Positions 44,977 through 53,168 of a DNA stretch of 64,000 bases are shown in pieces. Numbering within the stretch: the stretch's first letter is position 1; every line of letters begins with the position of its first letter. Under the pieces are notes generated by a model. That model saw only the letters and a program-made list of their open reading frames with translations. It ran no database searches and was not told the DNA's origin. The translations under genes and the position numbers were made by a program. The stretch lies in NCBI GenBank assembly GCA_015064315.1, contig SVSL01000002.1:7159-71158 (forward strand), given 5' to 3'. Origin of the DNA: Oscillospiraceae bacterium (lineage in GTDB: Bacteria; Bacillota; Clostridia; Oscillospirales; CAG-272).

Positions 44977-45813
44977 TTATTTCTTATAGTAAAGCCCTTT
45001 TTCTTTGAGGTAATCGATCATCATACCCGTCCAGTCGGTTTGAATGATATCAAAGCCGCGGCGCGCCAGCCAGCCCCAGCCATCGTCGGGGTTCGCGCAG
45101 ATCGAGGTGTCGTCGGAGTGTCCGGCGGTGAGCTGTTCTTTGTAATTATAGATGATGGCGTTTACCCAGATCAGCTTGTTGTCCTTGTGCATCATCTCAA
45201 TAAATTCGGGGGAGGCTACCTCGGCGTCATCCTTGGTAAAGATAACCTCGGCACCAAGATAGTTGATGGAGCTCTTCATCAAAAGCTCGTGATAAGGATG
45301 CGTTCCCGATACAACCGGCATATACTGCAGCTCGGGGCAGATTTCTTCCATGGTTTTGAGCACCTTTTCGTCAAAGGAGGATTTGACCACGATCTGATCC
45401 TCCATGCCGTGGCGGACGATGGCATCGTGGATTTCCTTGGGATGCATCCAGAATTTGTCCACGTTGATGTAGCATCTGCCCTTAAAGGTTTCCAATACCT
45501 CGTCAAGGGTGTTGAGCGGAAACTGGGTATAAACGCAATCGTAGTTGAGGTAGCGGAGGCGGTCGATGTCCTCGGAGTTCATCTTCTTAATGCGATCCAG
45601 ATAATAAAGATGCTGACGCTCCATGCCGGGATGGAAAATGTAGAGCTTTCCGTCACGGCTCATATCCACGTCGATCTCGATCATATCCGCGCCTTGACGC
45701 AGAGCAGCCTCGTAGGCGGGAATGGTGTTGCAGGGGATATTTCCCGCAGCCGCGCCGCGGTGGGCAACTACCAGAATGTTCTTTTTTGCAGATTCTCTAA
45801 AATCAAAATTCAT
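44977..45813 (-). CDS. Glycerophosphodiester phosphodiesterase
   Basis: GDPD signature VVAHRGAAAGNIPCNTIPAYEAALRQGADMIEIDV. Confidence 0.88.
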   Translation of the reverse strand: MNFDFRESAKKNILVVAHRGAAAGNIPCNTIPAYEAALRQGADMIEIDVDMSRDGKLYIFHPGMERQHLYYLDRIKKMNSEDIDRLRYLNYDCVYTQFPLNTLDEVLETFKGRCYINVDKFWMHPKEIHDAIVRHGMEDQIVVKSSFDEKVLKTMEEICPELQYMPVVSGTHPYHELLMKSSINYLGAEVIFTKDDAEVASPEFIEMMHKDNKLIWVNAIIYNYKEQLTAGHSDDTSICANPDDGWGWLARRGFDIIQTDWTGMMIDYLKEKGLYYKK

Positions 45814-45935
45814 GATGCTTACCGTCCTTTTTGGTTTGATTAAGCTGATAAATAGAGTATAGCACAAAATTCTTTCGGTTTCAATATCTAAAACGAAAAT
45901 ATATAATAAAATTTTGAGTTTTTTTCAAAAATCTA

Positions 45936-45964
45936 TTGACAAGCCATTCTATTTATGATATAAT
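45936..45964 (+). promoter_or_regulatory. Sigma-A type promoter for rplU-prp-rpmA
   Basis: TTGACA (45936-45941), a 17-nt spacer, then TGaTATAAT (45956-45964). Confidence 0.65.
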
Positions 45965-46053
45965 AGTTTGCCGCTTGAAAATGGCTCTTTTTAAGTGCGT
46001 CCAAAAGACGCCGCCATGAGTCAGCGAGTCTATCAGAAAGAGAGGTGCTTTTC
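45965..46053 (+). promoter_or_regulatory. Possible L21 ribosomal-protein leader RNA
   Basis: About 90 nt of structured 5' UTR (for example gcgtc-caaaa-gacgc) precedes rplU in a Firmicute, where an autoregulatory L21 leader is known. It has not been verified against a covariance model. Confidence 0.3.
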
Positions 46054-46365
46054 ATGTTCGCAGTTATCCAAACCGGTGGAAAGCAGTACAAAGTAATCGA
46101 GCAGGACATTATCTTTGTTGAAAAGCTCGACGCAAACGAAGGAGACGAAATCGTTTTCGACAGCGTTATGGCACTGTCCAACGACAACGGCTTCAAGGCC
46201 GGTACTCCCACTGTTGAAGGCGCTAAGGTTACCGCCAAGGTGCTCAAGAACGGCAAGGGCAAGAAGATCTACGTGATCAAGTACAAGTCCAAGAAGAACG
46301 AAAAGAAGAAGATTGGCCACAGACAGCCTTTCACCAAGGTTCAGATCGTTAAGATCGAAGGCTGA
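46054..46365 (+). CDS. rplU: 50S ribosomal protein L21
   Basis: [14 protein letters not shown].... Confidence 0.97.
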   Translation: MFAVIQTGGKQYKVIEQDIIFVEKLDANEGDEIVFDSVMALSNDNGFKAGTPTVEGAKVTAKVLKNGKGKKIYVIKYKSKKNEKKKIGHRQPFTKVQIVKIEG

Positions 46366-46385
46366 TTTTCGTCAGTTGTAAGGAC

Positions 46386-46748
46386 ATGACCAAAATCGTG
46401 TTTTTCAGAAGTGGTGGAGTTTTCTACGGCTTCGAGGAGCAGGGACACACAGGCTACGGAGAGGCAGGCGACGACATTCTGTGCGCGGCGATCTCTTCCA
46501 TGACAATGTTTCTTATCAATACCGTTGAGGTTGCGTATGCTTCCAGCGTTGATTACGATATCAACGAGGGTGCTACCAAAATTCGGGTGCGTGCAAAGGC
46601 CGCATTGCCCGAGTTTGAGGCAGACGACTACAAGCGTTACGCTGTTTCGGGCATTATGATGGGTTACTACTGTCAGCTCAGTGACATGCTTGAGGAGTAC
46701 GGAGATTTCCTTGACGTCAGCGTTAAGGATCAGCCCTGGGAGGACTGA
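46386..46748 (+). CDS. prp: Ribosomal-processing cysteine protease Prp
   Basis: GHTGYGEAGDDILCAAISSM contains the His/Cys dyad region, and the gene sits between rplU and rpmA. Confidence 0.88.
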   Translation: MTKIVFFRSGGVFYGFEEQGHTGYGEAGDDILCAAISSMTMFLINTVEVAYASSVDYDINEGATKIRVRAKAALPEFEADDYKRYAVSGIMMGYYCQLSDMLEEYGDFLDVSVKDQPWED

Positions 46749-46811
46749 TTTCACCGTTACCTACCCAAATTCCCAATCAGGGAAACAAACAAATTTAGGA
46801 GGAAAAGAATC

Positions 46812-47090
46812 ATGTTAAAGCTCAGTTTACAATTCTTTGCTCATAAGAAAGGTGTTGGTTCTACCAAGAACGGCCGTGACAGTGAGTCTAAGCGCCTTGG
46901 CGTTAAGAAGGCTGACGGTCAGCCCGTAGTAGCCGGCAACATCATCATCAGACAGAGAGGAACCGCCGTATGCCCCGGTAACAACGTTGGCATGGGTAAG
47001 GATCACACCCTCTACGCTCTGATCGACGGTAAGGTTAAGTTTGAGCAGAAGACCAGATCTCAGAAGAAGGTTAGCGTTTACGCCGACTGA
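46812..47090 (+). CDS. rpmA: 50S ribosomal protein L27 with a cleavable N-terminal extension
   Basis: [24 protein letters not shown]. The FF|AHKKG junction is the Prp cleavage motif. Confidence 0.97.
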   Translation: MLKLSLQFFAHKKGVGSTKNGRDSESKRLGVKKADGQPVVAGNIIIRQRGTAVCPGNNVGMGKDHTLYALIDGKVKFEQKTRSQKKVSVYAD

Positions 47091-47108
47091 TTCATCTGAC
47101 AGAAATAG

Positions 47109-47148
47109 AACCCCGAACGACAAAAACGTTCGGGGTTTTATTGTTTTT
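47109..47148 (+). terminator. Rho-independent terminator after rpmA
   Basis: Stem aaccccgaacg/cgttcggggtt followed by a T-rich tail. Confidence 0.85.
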
Positions 47149-47195
47149 CTTTTTGTATTATATTGAAATTAAATACAAAAAGTGAAGAAAACCTC

Positions 47196-47224
47196 TTGAC
47201 AAAGCGAAGCGTTTGTGATATAAT
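47196..47224 (+). promoter_or_regulatory. Sigma-A type promoter for the collagen-like lipoprotein gene
   Basis: TTGACA (47196-47201), a 17-nt spacer, then TGaTATAAT (47216-47224). Confidence 0.6.
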
Positions 47225-47259
47225 AGCGTTATACATTTCATTATAGGAGGAAATGCAAA

Positions 47260-50127
47260 ATGTTTCGCACAAAACGGTTATTGACATTGATAGCGGCTAT
47301 GCTTGTGATGATGCTGCTCATGTCATCCTGTGACCTGCTCGCAAAATTCGGGCTGGGAAGCGATGACTCTGAGACAGAAGAAGCCACAGAAATCCATAGC
47401 GAGACTGTAAAAGATGATGAATTTGAGGGTGTTCCAGATGAGGTGGCATCCGTTTATGCCCAGGCAAAGGAGCTTGGCTATGAGGGCTCCCTGGAGGAAT
47501 TCTTAGAGCTGTGCAAGGGTGCACAGGGCGAACAGGGTCCTCAGGGTGAACAAGGCATCCAGGGTGAGCAAGGTCCTCAAGGTGAACAAGGCATCCAGGG
47601 TGAGCAAGGTCCTCAAGGCCCTCAGGGTGAGCAAGGCATCCAAGGTGAGCAAGGTCCTCAGGGTCCCCAAGGTCCTCAAGGTGAGCAGGGTATCCAGGGT
47701 GAGCAAGGCCCTCAGGGTGAAAAGGGCGATGTCGGTATCAGCATTTCTCATGCTTACATCAATGAGGAAGGTCATTTGATCCTTGTGCTTACCGATTCCA
47801 CCGAGCTGGATTGCGGTGTTCTGCAGATTGGTTGCTTCCACGTATGGGGTGAGGCTACCGTTGTAGTTCCCGCTACCTGTACGGAAAAGGGTATGGAATA
47901 TTATACCTGTGAAGCCTGCGGTGTGATTGAGTTCAGAGAGCTGAAGCCAGAGCACAGCTTGGTTGAGGTTGCCGGTGAGGCACCCACCTGCCAGCACGGC
48001 GGATACAGCGATTACGTATACTGTACCGAATGCAGCTATAGCACCTATGAAGAGCTTCTTCCTTTGGAGCATTCCTTTGAATGGGTAGTGATCACGCCCG
48101 TTACCTGCACCTCCGACGGTCTGAAGGGAAGCAAGTGCTCTATGTGCGACTACGTTGAGCAAACCGAGACTGTCTATGCGGAAGGACATCATTTCGAGGA
48201 GGGCGTTTGCAAGGACTGCTTGACACAAGAACCTGTTTTTAAGCTCTATACTGCAAATCCCAATTTGTTAATTCAGGACGGAAATGTTCCCGGCTTCAAT
48301 CTGTATGCAGAGTGGAACGACGGTGTAACATTCTTCGATTCCGTTAGACTCGTTGATGCAAACGGCAATTATCTCGCTACCATGTATGATGACGGTCAGT
48401 ATGCAAGTACCGGTGACGAGTTTGCAAACGACGGTGTTTACACCTGCAAATGGAACGTGCAAGCGGTACCTGCCGAATATACCTACTATGCTTACGGCTA
48501 CGTGGGCGGACTGCTGACCTTGGAATCCAAGCCTTTGGTGATCACTGTTAAAACCGCGATTACTGACGAGCAGTTGGATAAGATGGAAAGTGTTGACACC
48601 ACTCTGGAAGAGGGTGTTATGCAGGATGAAAAGTTTGAGGAAATCCCCGTAGAGGAAAAGAAGGCAATCATTGAAGAAAAGCTGGAGCAGCTGGAGGCTG
48701 AATCTTTGATCGTTCCCGGTTCTATCGTTTATGATGAGGAAACCAAGATCTTTACCTTCCAGTATGAGTCCGGTGCACTGGGCGCAGTTGCTCTCGTTCC
48801 GTGGGAAACCGAAAACGATCAGTTCTCCTCCGCGGAGCAGGATTGGAACGTGATTGAAAACATTGATGAAATCGATGCAATCATTCTTTGGGCGTTCGGT
48901 CAGGCTTGGGATGATCCCAATTACCGCCTGCCTTACTACCAAAATCTTGAAAGTCTTTGGGATTCCAAGGGCATGGAGACCTTGGTGGATTGGGAAGTAA
49001 CCGTTAACGATTACAAGAGCCTTTCTCAGTACGAGATCATTATGATCAGCGGTCACGGCGCATACTACAACTACAAGGTTGGAGAAAATGAGTATCAAAC
49101 CATTCCCGGTATCATTTTGTGTGAAAAGGCGACCAGAGAAAAGGACGCTCTCTACGCAAACGATCTGAAAATGCACCGCATTGCAAAGATCAGCGTTCAG
49201 GGGGGCACCGTATATGCAATTCTTCCCGAATTCTGGAGCTTCTACTACGGCGAAGGTTCTCTTGACGGCTCCTTCGTATTCTCCGAGACCTGTGAGTTCA
49301 TGGGTGTTGACGGAAGCAACGATAACTCCATGGCAAGCGCTATTCTCGGTGCGTCCGCAGAGAGTGTTGTAGGCTTCTGCAACAGCGTTATGGCGGATTA
49401 TAGCCGTGAATTTATGCTGGTTTACGTAAGCTCGCTGATCAATGGATACACCTCCGAGGAAGCATTTGGGATTGCTGTTACTCTTTGCGGCGCGAACGAT
49501 TACTTTGACGGCAGAGAGCTTTACGGTCCTACCGCATACCCCATTTTGAACGGTAGCAACTCCGTTTTGGTAAATACCGATCTGGAAAACGGAAGCTTTG
49601 AGGAGTCCACCGAATTGGTGGGCTGGGACACCGACGGAGACGTGCGTGTGCTCAGCAAGCTGGGTGATCTTTATCCTACCCATATCTCCCGTATGGCGAT
49701 CCTGACCACCGGTGTAGGCTCGGGTACCTCCGATTACGTAGGTTCTAAAGAGGGTAGCTTGCTGAGTCAGACCTTCAAGGTCACCCATAGCGGTATTCTT
49801 ACCTTTGATTACAACGTGCTTTCTGAGGAGCCTATGGAATATGTTGGATCCAGCTATGATGATAAATTCTATGCCGAATTGATCGATGCTTACGGCAACG
49901 TAAGTCTTCTCGCTCAAGAGACTGTAAACAAGAGCCAGTGGACTAAGGTGTACGGTATTAACTTTGAGGGCGGCGACAGCACCTGCTATCAGACCGGCTG
50001 GAAGACCGTTTCTCTGGATCTTTCCGCTTATGAAGGTCAAAACATCACCATTCGCTTCACAGTTCGTGACGTCGGTGACTCCGCATATGACACCGCGGCA
50101 CTTATCGACAACGTAGCAATCAACTAA
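47260..50127 (+). CDS. Large surface lipoprotein: collagen-like stalk, Cys-rich repeats, possible clan-CD-like peptidase region, C-terminal jelly-roll-like domain
   Basis: Signal peptide with a lipobox-like LLMSSC, then 24 G-X-Y triplets. Three H..ATCT..G...C..C repeats follow. ISGHG and FSETCEFMG segments are reminiscent of a His/Cys dyad. The C-terminal LENGSFE...GW... segment is lectin or CBM-like. Confidence 0.8.
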   Translation: MFRTKRLLTLIAAMLVMMLLMSSCDLLAKFGLGSDDSETEEATEIHSETVKDDEFEGVPDEVASVYAQAKELGYEGSLEEFLELCKGAQGEQGPQGEQGIQGEQGPQGEQGIQGEQGPQGPQGEQGIQGEQGPQGPQGPQGEQGIQGEQGPQGEKGDVGISISHAYINEEGHLILVLTDSTELDCGVLQIGCFHVWGEATVVVPATCTEKGMEYYTCEACGVIEFRELKPEHSLVEVAGEAPTCQHGGYSDYVYCTECSYSTYEELLPLEHSFEWVVITPVTCTSDGLKGSKCSMCDYVEQTETVYAEGHHFEEGVCKDCLTQEPVFKLYTANPNLLIQDGNVPGFNLYAEWNDGVTFFDSVRLVDANGNYLATMYDDGQYASTGDEFANDGVYTCKWNVQAVPAEYTYYAYGYVGGLLTLESKPLVITVKTAITDEQLDKMESVDTTLEEGVMQDEKFEEIPVEEKKAIIEEKLEQLEAESLIVPGSIVYDEETKIFTFQYESGALGAVALVPWETENDQFSSAEQDWNVIENIDEIDAIILWAFGQAWDDPNYRLPYYQNLESLWDSKGMETLVDWEVTVNDYKSLSQYEIIMISGHGAYYNYKVGENEYQTIPGIILCEKATREKDALYANDLKMHRIAKISVQGGTVYAILPEFWSFYYGEGSLDGSFVFSETCEFMGVDGSNDNSMASAILGASAESVVGFCNSVMADYSREFMLVYVSSLINGYTSEEAFGIAVTLCGANDYFDGRELYGPTAYPILNGSNSVLVNTDLENGSFEESTELVGWDTDGDVRVLSKLGDLYPTHISRMAILTTGVGSGTSDYVGSKEGSLLSQTFKVTHSGILTFDYNVLSEEPMEYVGSSYDDKFYAELIDAYGNVSLLAQETVNKSQWTKVYGINFEGGDSTCYQTGWKTVSLDLSAYEGQNITIRFTVRDVGDSAYDTAALIDNVAIN
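47518..47733 (+). repeat. Collagen-like G-X-Y repeat (24 triplets; 9/18/36-nt DNA periodicity)
   Basis: [21 protein letters not shown]...GEKGDV, encoded by near-identical ggtgagcaaggtcctcaaggtgaacaaggcatccag units. Confidence 0.95.
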
Positions 50128-50143
50128 TAATAGTAGCTTTACT

Positions 50144-50181
50144 AAGCCCCTTGCTCTGTGTTTTGAGCGAGGGGCTTTTTA
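50144..50181 (+). terminator. Rho-independent terminator
   Basis: Stem aagccccttgctc/gagcgaggggctt followed by TTTT. Confidence 0.8.
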
Positions 50182-50277
50182 TCTGATTATTGAAAAGAAA
50201 TTATTTCTCCGTCATACTGTGACATTTTTCTCGCCCTTCTTGTGTTACAATAAGAAAAAAAGAAGGGAAGTGAAAAA

Positions 50278-50622
50278 ATGATTCGGAACGGAGGACAGGT
50301 TGTTTATGAGACCAAGGGGGATACGCTGGTTGTGCGCGTGGGCGGCGAGATCGATCACCATAGCGCCGTGGCGGTGCGCGTTGGCATTGACGAGAAGATT
50401 TCCGCCGAGCGCCCGGGACGTGTTCTGCTCGAGCTTTCAAGAGTGGATTTCATGGATAGCTCAGGGCTTGGGCTGATCATGGGACGGTATGCGCTGGTGC
50501 AAAAATACGGTGGCAATTTTGCAGTGCTTGATCCCAGCGTGGCGGTGCTCAAGATCATTCGCCTTGCAGGCATGGAGCGCATGATCACGATTTTAAAGAC
50601 CAAAGAAAAAAAGGATGCTTAA
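50278..50622 (+). CDS. spoIIAA: Anti-sigma F factor antagonist SpoIIAA (STAS)
   Basis: STAS domain with the phosphorylatable Ser motif FMDSSGLGLIMG. It is the first gene of a three-gene set that ends in sigF. Confidence 0.9.
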   Translation: MIRNGGQVVYETKGDTLVVRVGGEIDHHSAVAVRVGIDEKISAERPGRVLLELSRVDFMDSSGLGLIMGRYALVQKYGGNFAVLDPSVAVLKIIRLAGMERMITILKTKEKKDA

Positions 50623-51097
50623 AAAGGTAAGAAAGGAAATGAACATGAAAAGTAAAGTGGATTTCAGTGCGACGGTGGAGAATGAGATGGTGCTCTCGCT
50701 TCCGTCACTGTCTGTGAATGAAGGCATGGCAAGAGCGGCGGTTTCCGCCTTCTGTGCCCAGCTCAATCCTACGGCGGTGGAGATTGCCGACATCAAATGC
50801 GCGGTTTCCGAGGCGGTCACCAACTGTATTGTACACGCCTACCGCGGGGAGATCGGGGAGATCGTGATTGGCGTCAAGCTCTGTGAAGGGCGGCTGATCC
50901 AGATCGAGATCAAGGACAAAGGATGCGGCATTCCCGACGTTAAGAAGGCGCGGGAGCCTCTTTATACCACGGATGCGGAAAACGAGCGAAGCGGCATGGG
51001 CTTTACGGTTATGGAGAACTTTTGCGATGATCTTCGTGTGCGAAGCCGCGTTGGCAAGGGAACCACCGTCACGCTTCTCAAGCGGTTACATAAGTAA
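50615..51097 (+). CDS. spoIIAB: Anti-sigma F factor / Ser kinase SpoIIAB
   Basis: HATPase_c motifs EAVTNCIVHAY, DKGCGI and SGMGF. An alternative start at 50639 (MNMKSK) has the better SD. Confidence 0.9.
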   Translation: MLKKVRKEMNMKSKVDFSATVENEMVLSLPSLSVNEGMARAAVSAFCAQLNPTAVEIADIKCAVSEAVTNCIVHAYRGEIGEIVIGVKLCEGRLIQIEIKDKGCGIPDVKKAREPLYTTDAENERSGMGFTVMENFCDDLRVRSRVGKGTTVTLLKRLHK

Positions 51098-51131
51098 GCC
51101 TTGGCTTGCAATTCTTTTTTTGAGGTGACGT

Positions 51132-51866
51132 ATGGAACAAACCTCTATTTATGAGCGTAATATGGAGCTTTTACGGCGCGCCGCCGAGGGGGATTCTGAT
51201 GCTGAGGCAGCTTTGATCGAGGAGAATCTCGGGCTGGTCCGAACTGTAGCAAGACGGTTTCTGGATCGCGGTACCGAGTACGAGGATCTGGTACAGATTG
51301 GAACTGTTGGGATGCTCAAGGCGATCCGTTCCTTTTCCTTGGAGCGCGGTACGGCGTTTTCTACCTATGCAGTTCCATTGATCGTAGGCGAGATCCGACG
51401 GCATTTGCGGGATGACGGCCCCGTAAAGGTCAGCCGTATCTACAAGCGGCAGGGCGTTGCCTTGATGCATGAGAAGAACAAGATCCTGACGGAGGAGGGG
51501 CGGGAGCCCGGCATTGCAGAGCTTGCCGCAAGATGCAATCTGACGGTGGAGGAGGCGGCGATCTCTCTGGATTCGATCTCTCCCGTTACGTCGCTTTCGG
51601 ATTTTGTGTACGGTGAGGATTCTGTGACCTACGAGGGGGTTATCGCGGATGAGGAAAGCGAGAACGAAAGCGAGAGGATCTGTGATCGCATCGCGCTTTC
51701 CCAGTGTATCAACCGATTGCCAAGCCTTTGGAGAAAGATCGTTTTGATGCGCTATTACCGCAACATGACCCAACAGCAGACCGCCGATGCCTTGGGGCTG
51801 ACACAGGTCAAGATTTCAAGAGAGGAAAAGAAGATTTTGGCGGAGCTGAGAAAGGAACTGTCATAG
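51132..51866 (+). CDS. sigF: Sporulation sigma factor SigF
   Basis: Sigma-70 regions 2-4 (DLVQIGTVGMLKAIRSF, STYAVPLIVGEIRRHLRD, QQQTADALGLTQVKISREEKK), positioned after spoIIAB. Confidence 0.9.
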   Translation: MEQTSIYERNMELLRRAAEGDSDAEAALIEENLGLVRTVARRFLDRGTEYEDLVQIGTVGMLKAIRSFSLERGTAFSTYAVPLIVGEIRRHLRDDGPVKVSRIYKRQGVALMHEKNKILTEEGREPGIAELAARCNLTVEEAAISLDSISPVTSLSDFVYGEDSVTYEGVIADEESENESERICDRIALSQCINRLPSLWRKIVLMRYYRNMTQQQTADALGLTQVKISREEKKILAELRKELS

Positions 51867-51892
51867 AGGGTGATTTCAAAAGTTTTAAATAA

Positions 51893-51931
51893 AAAATCTC
51901 CATCCGATCACTGATAGAATGGAGATTTTTG
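51893..51931 (+). terminator. Rho-independent terminator after sigF
   Basis: Stem aaaatctccat/atggagatttt with a T tail. Confidence 0.8.
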
Positions 51932-51973
51932 CAATATGATATTTTACAATTCCGAAAACGAAAAGATGAACTC

Positions 51974-52112
51974 AAATCCGCCTCTCCTAACCCCGCGTTA
52001 GCGGAATTTCATCGCGTAGCGATTTCATCCGCGAAGTGGATTTCTTCCGCAGGGGGGCGGATTTAGTTGAAAAAAGCACACATTGTCTTGGTAGACAAAT
52101 GTGTGTTTTTTT
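51974..52112. repeat. Hairpin-array element (copy H3) ending in a terminator hairpin
   Basis: Outer stem aaatccgcc/ggcggattt (51974-51982 and 52056-52064). The word ATTTCAT/ATTTCTT/ATTTAGT recurs at 52006, 52022, 52040 and 52061. Mini-hairpins lie between the words (ccgc-gtta-gcgg, cgc-gta-gcg, ccgc-gaa-gtgg, ccgc-agggg-gcgg). The terminal hairpin is aaaaaagcacacattgtc-ttggta-gacaaatgtgtgttttttt (52070-52112). Confidence 0.65.
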
Positions 52113-52205
52113 CTGCTAAAGAGCAGTAAAAGGGTGTATAAATGTAGGTAAGAACAGCGAAAAGGCGCGTGATTTCACACAGTTGTCAGCCCGACAAATT
52201 GAAAT

Positions 52206-52514
52206 TTAGAAAACTCCTTTATTGTACTTCTTTTGCACAGCAACAATGTAACCCACTCCAACACATAATCCTATAATCAGAACCACAACAGCAAGAATAG
52301 CTAAATTATCCAGTAAACCTATTATACCGCTGAGTAGTAATGCTATTGCGATAACAAACATTGCTTTTCCGAAGGCTTTTCCGTATGCAGATTTATCCGT
52401 AACTTTTGTTTGGTGATAATCGTGAATTAATTCAGTTTTACCTCTGTATATTGCAATGCCCACTCCTGCAAAAATTACTGCGACTGTAAACATAATAATA
52501 GAATATACTAACAT
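52206..52514 (-). CDS. Small three-TM membrane protein, function unknown
   Basis: 102 aa with a GGAGA SD and the promoter-like ttgatt-17-tataat upstream on the minus strand (about 52545-52580). Confidence 0.6.
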   Translation of the reverse strand: MLVYSIIMFTVAVIFAGVGIAIYRGKTELIHDYHQTKVTDKSAYGKAFGKAMFVIAIALLLSGIIGLLDNLAILAVVVLIIGLCVGVGYIVAVQKKYNKGVF

Positions 52515-52595
52515 ATTGTTTTCTCCGTCAAATTCTTATTTATCGGTTAGATTATATCACATTTTTGTGAATAAATCAAGGTGAAGCCTTGCATT

Positions 52596-52823
52596 TTAAA
52601 AATGATGCATCGCCTGCGGCGATATGATGTTTTTCACTTCGCTCAAAATGATGTTGCTCGTTTCACTCGCAATGATGCGATGTTTGCCCCAAAATGTGGC
52701 GAAGCCACGCATCATTAGGCGCGCTTGCGCGCCTTTCATCATTGGCGCAAGCCAACATCATTTGCCGAAGGCAAACATCATTCAAAAAACGCACCTTTGT
52801 CGGTAGACAAAAGTGCGTTTTTT
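52596..52823. repeat. Hairpin-array element (copy H4): four AATGATG, four CATCATT, interleaved mini-hairpins and a terminator hairpin
   Basis: AATGATG at 52601, 52623 (tATGATG), 52647 and 52671. CATCATT at 52710, 52737, 52756 and 52776. Mini-hairpins are atcgcc-tgc-ggcgat, gtggc-gaa-gccac, aggcgcg-cttg-cgcgcct, ttggc-gcaa-gccaa and tttgcc-gaa-ggcaaa. The terminal hairpin is aaaaaacgcacctttgtc-ggta-gacaaaagtgcgtttttt (52784-52823). Confidence 0.7.
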
Positions 52824-52825
52824 GT

Positions 52826-52916
52826 TGGCGGAGAAGGTGGGATTTGAACCCACGCGACGCGTTAACGTCCTACGAGATTTCGAGTCACGCCTCTTCGACC
52901 ACTTGAGTACTTCTCC
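52826..52916 (-). tRNA. tRNA-Ser (anticodon CGA) with encoded CCA
   Basis: The reverse complement is GGAGAAGTACTCAAGTGGTCGAAGAGGCGTGACTCGAAATCTCGTAGGACGTTAACGCGTCGCGTGGGTTCAAATCCCACCTTCTCCGCCA. It has a 7-bp acceptor stem, a 3-bp D stem, the anticodon loop CU-CGA-AA and a long variable arm (GACG-TTAACG-CGTC), which marks a class II tRNA. The T arm is GTGGG-TTCAAAT-CCCAC. There is one U-U mismatch in the anticodon stem. Confidence 0.9.
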
Positions 52917-53090
52917 GTGTAAATAAGTGTGTCTCTCTCGCAACGACAAATATTATAACACAAAGCGTTTGGATTTGCAAGCGTTTTTTTGAAAAAAGTT
53001 CGGTTTTTCTCAATATTTTTTGTTTTTTTGAAAATCTGTATTTTTAGAGCAAATGTTGTCGATAGTATTGTTAAATATTTGTACTTTTTA

Positions 53091-53119
53091 TTGACATTTT
53101 TCGATTTATCATGTATAAT
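53091..53119 (+). promoter_or_regulatory. Sigma-A type promoter for the GT2 gene pair
   Basis: TTGACA (53091-53096), a 17-nt spacer, then TATAAT (53114-53119). Confidence 0.6.
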
Positions 53120-53168
53120 GAGGGATAGAGTCACGGAAATACCGAAATTTTACAAAATAGGAGACATT

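Noticed and set aside
48268-50040. 590-aa minus-strand ORF
   Set aside because: It is a shadow ORF opposite the collagen-like lipoprotein gene.
52596-52823. Possible CRISPR array
   Set aside because: The repeated words are only 7 nt long, occur in both orientations and are spaced about 20-25 nt apart. There are no 28-37-nt direct repeats, no uniform spacers and no cas genes in the window.
52624-52906. 60-70-aa ORFs across the AATGATG/CATCATT array and the tRNA
   Set aside because: They overlap a tRNA gene and a repeat array, they have no SD, and the repeated MM/II residues simply reflect the ATGATG words.
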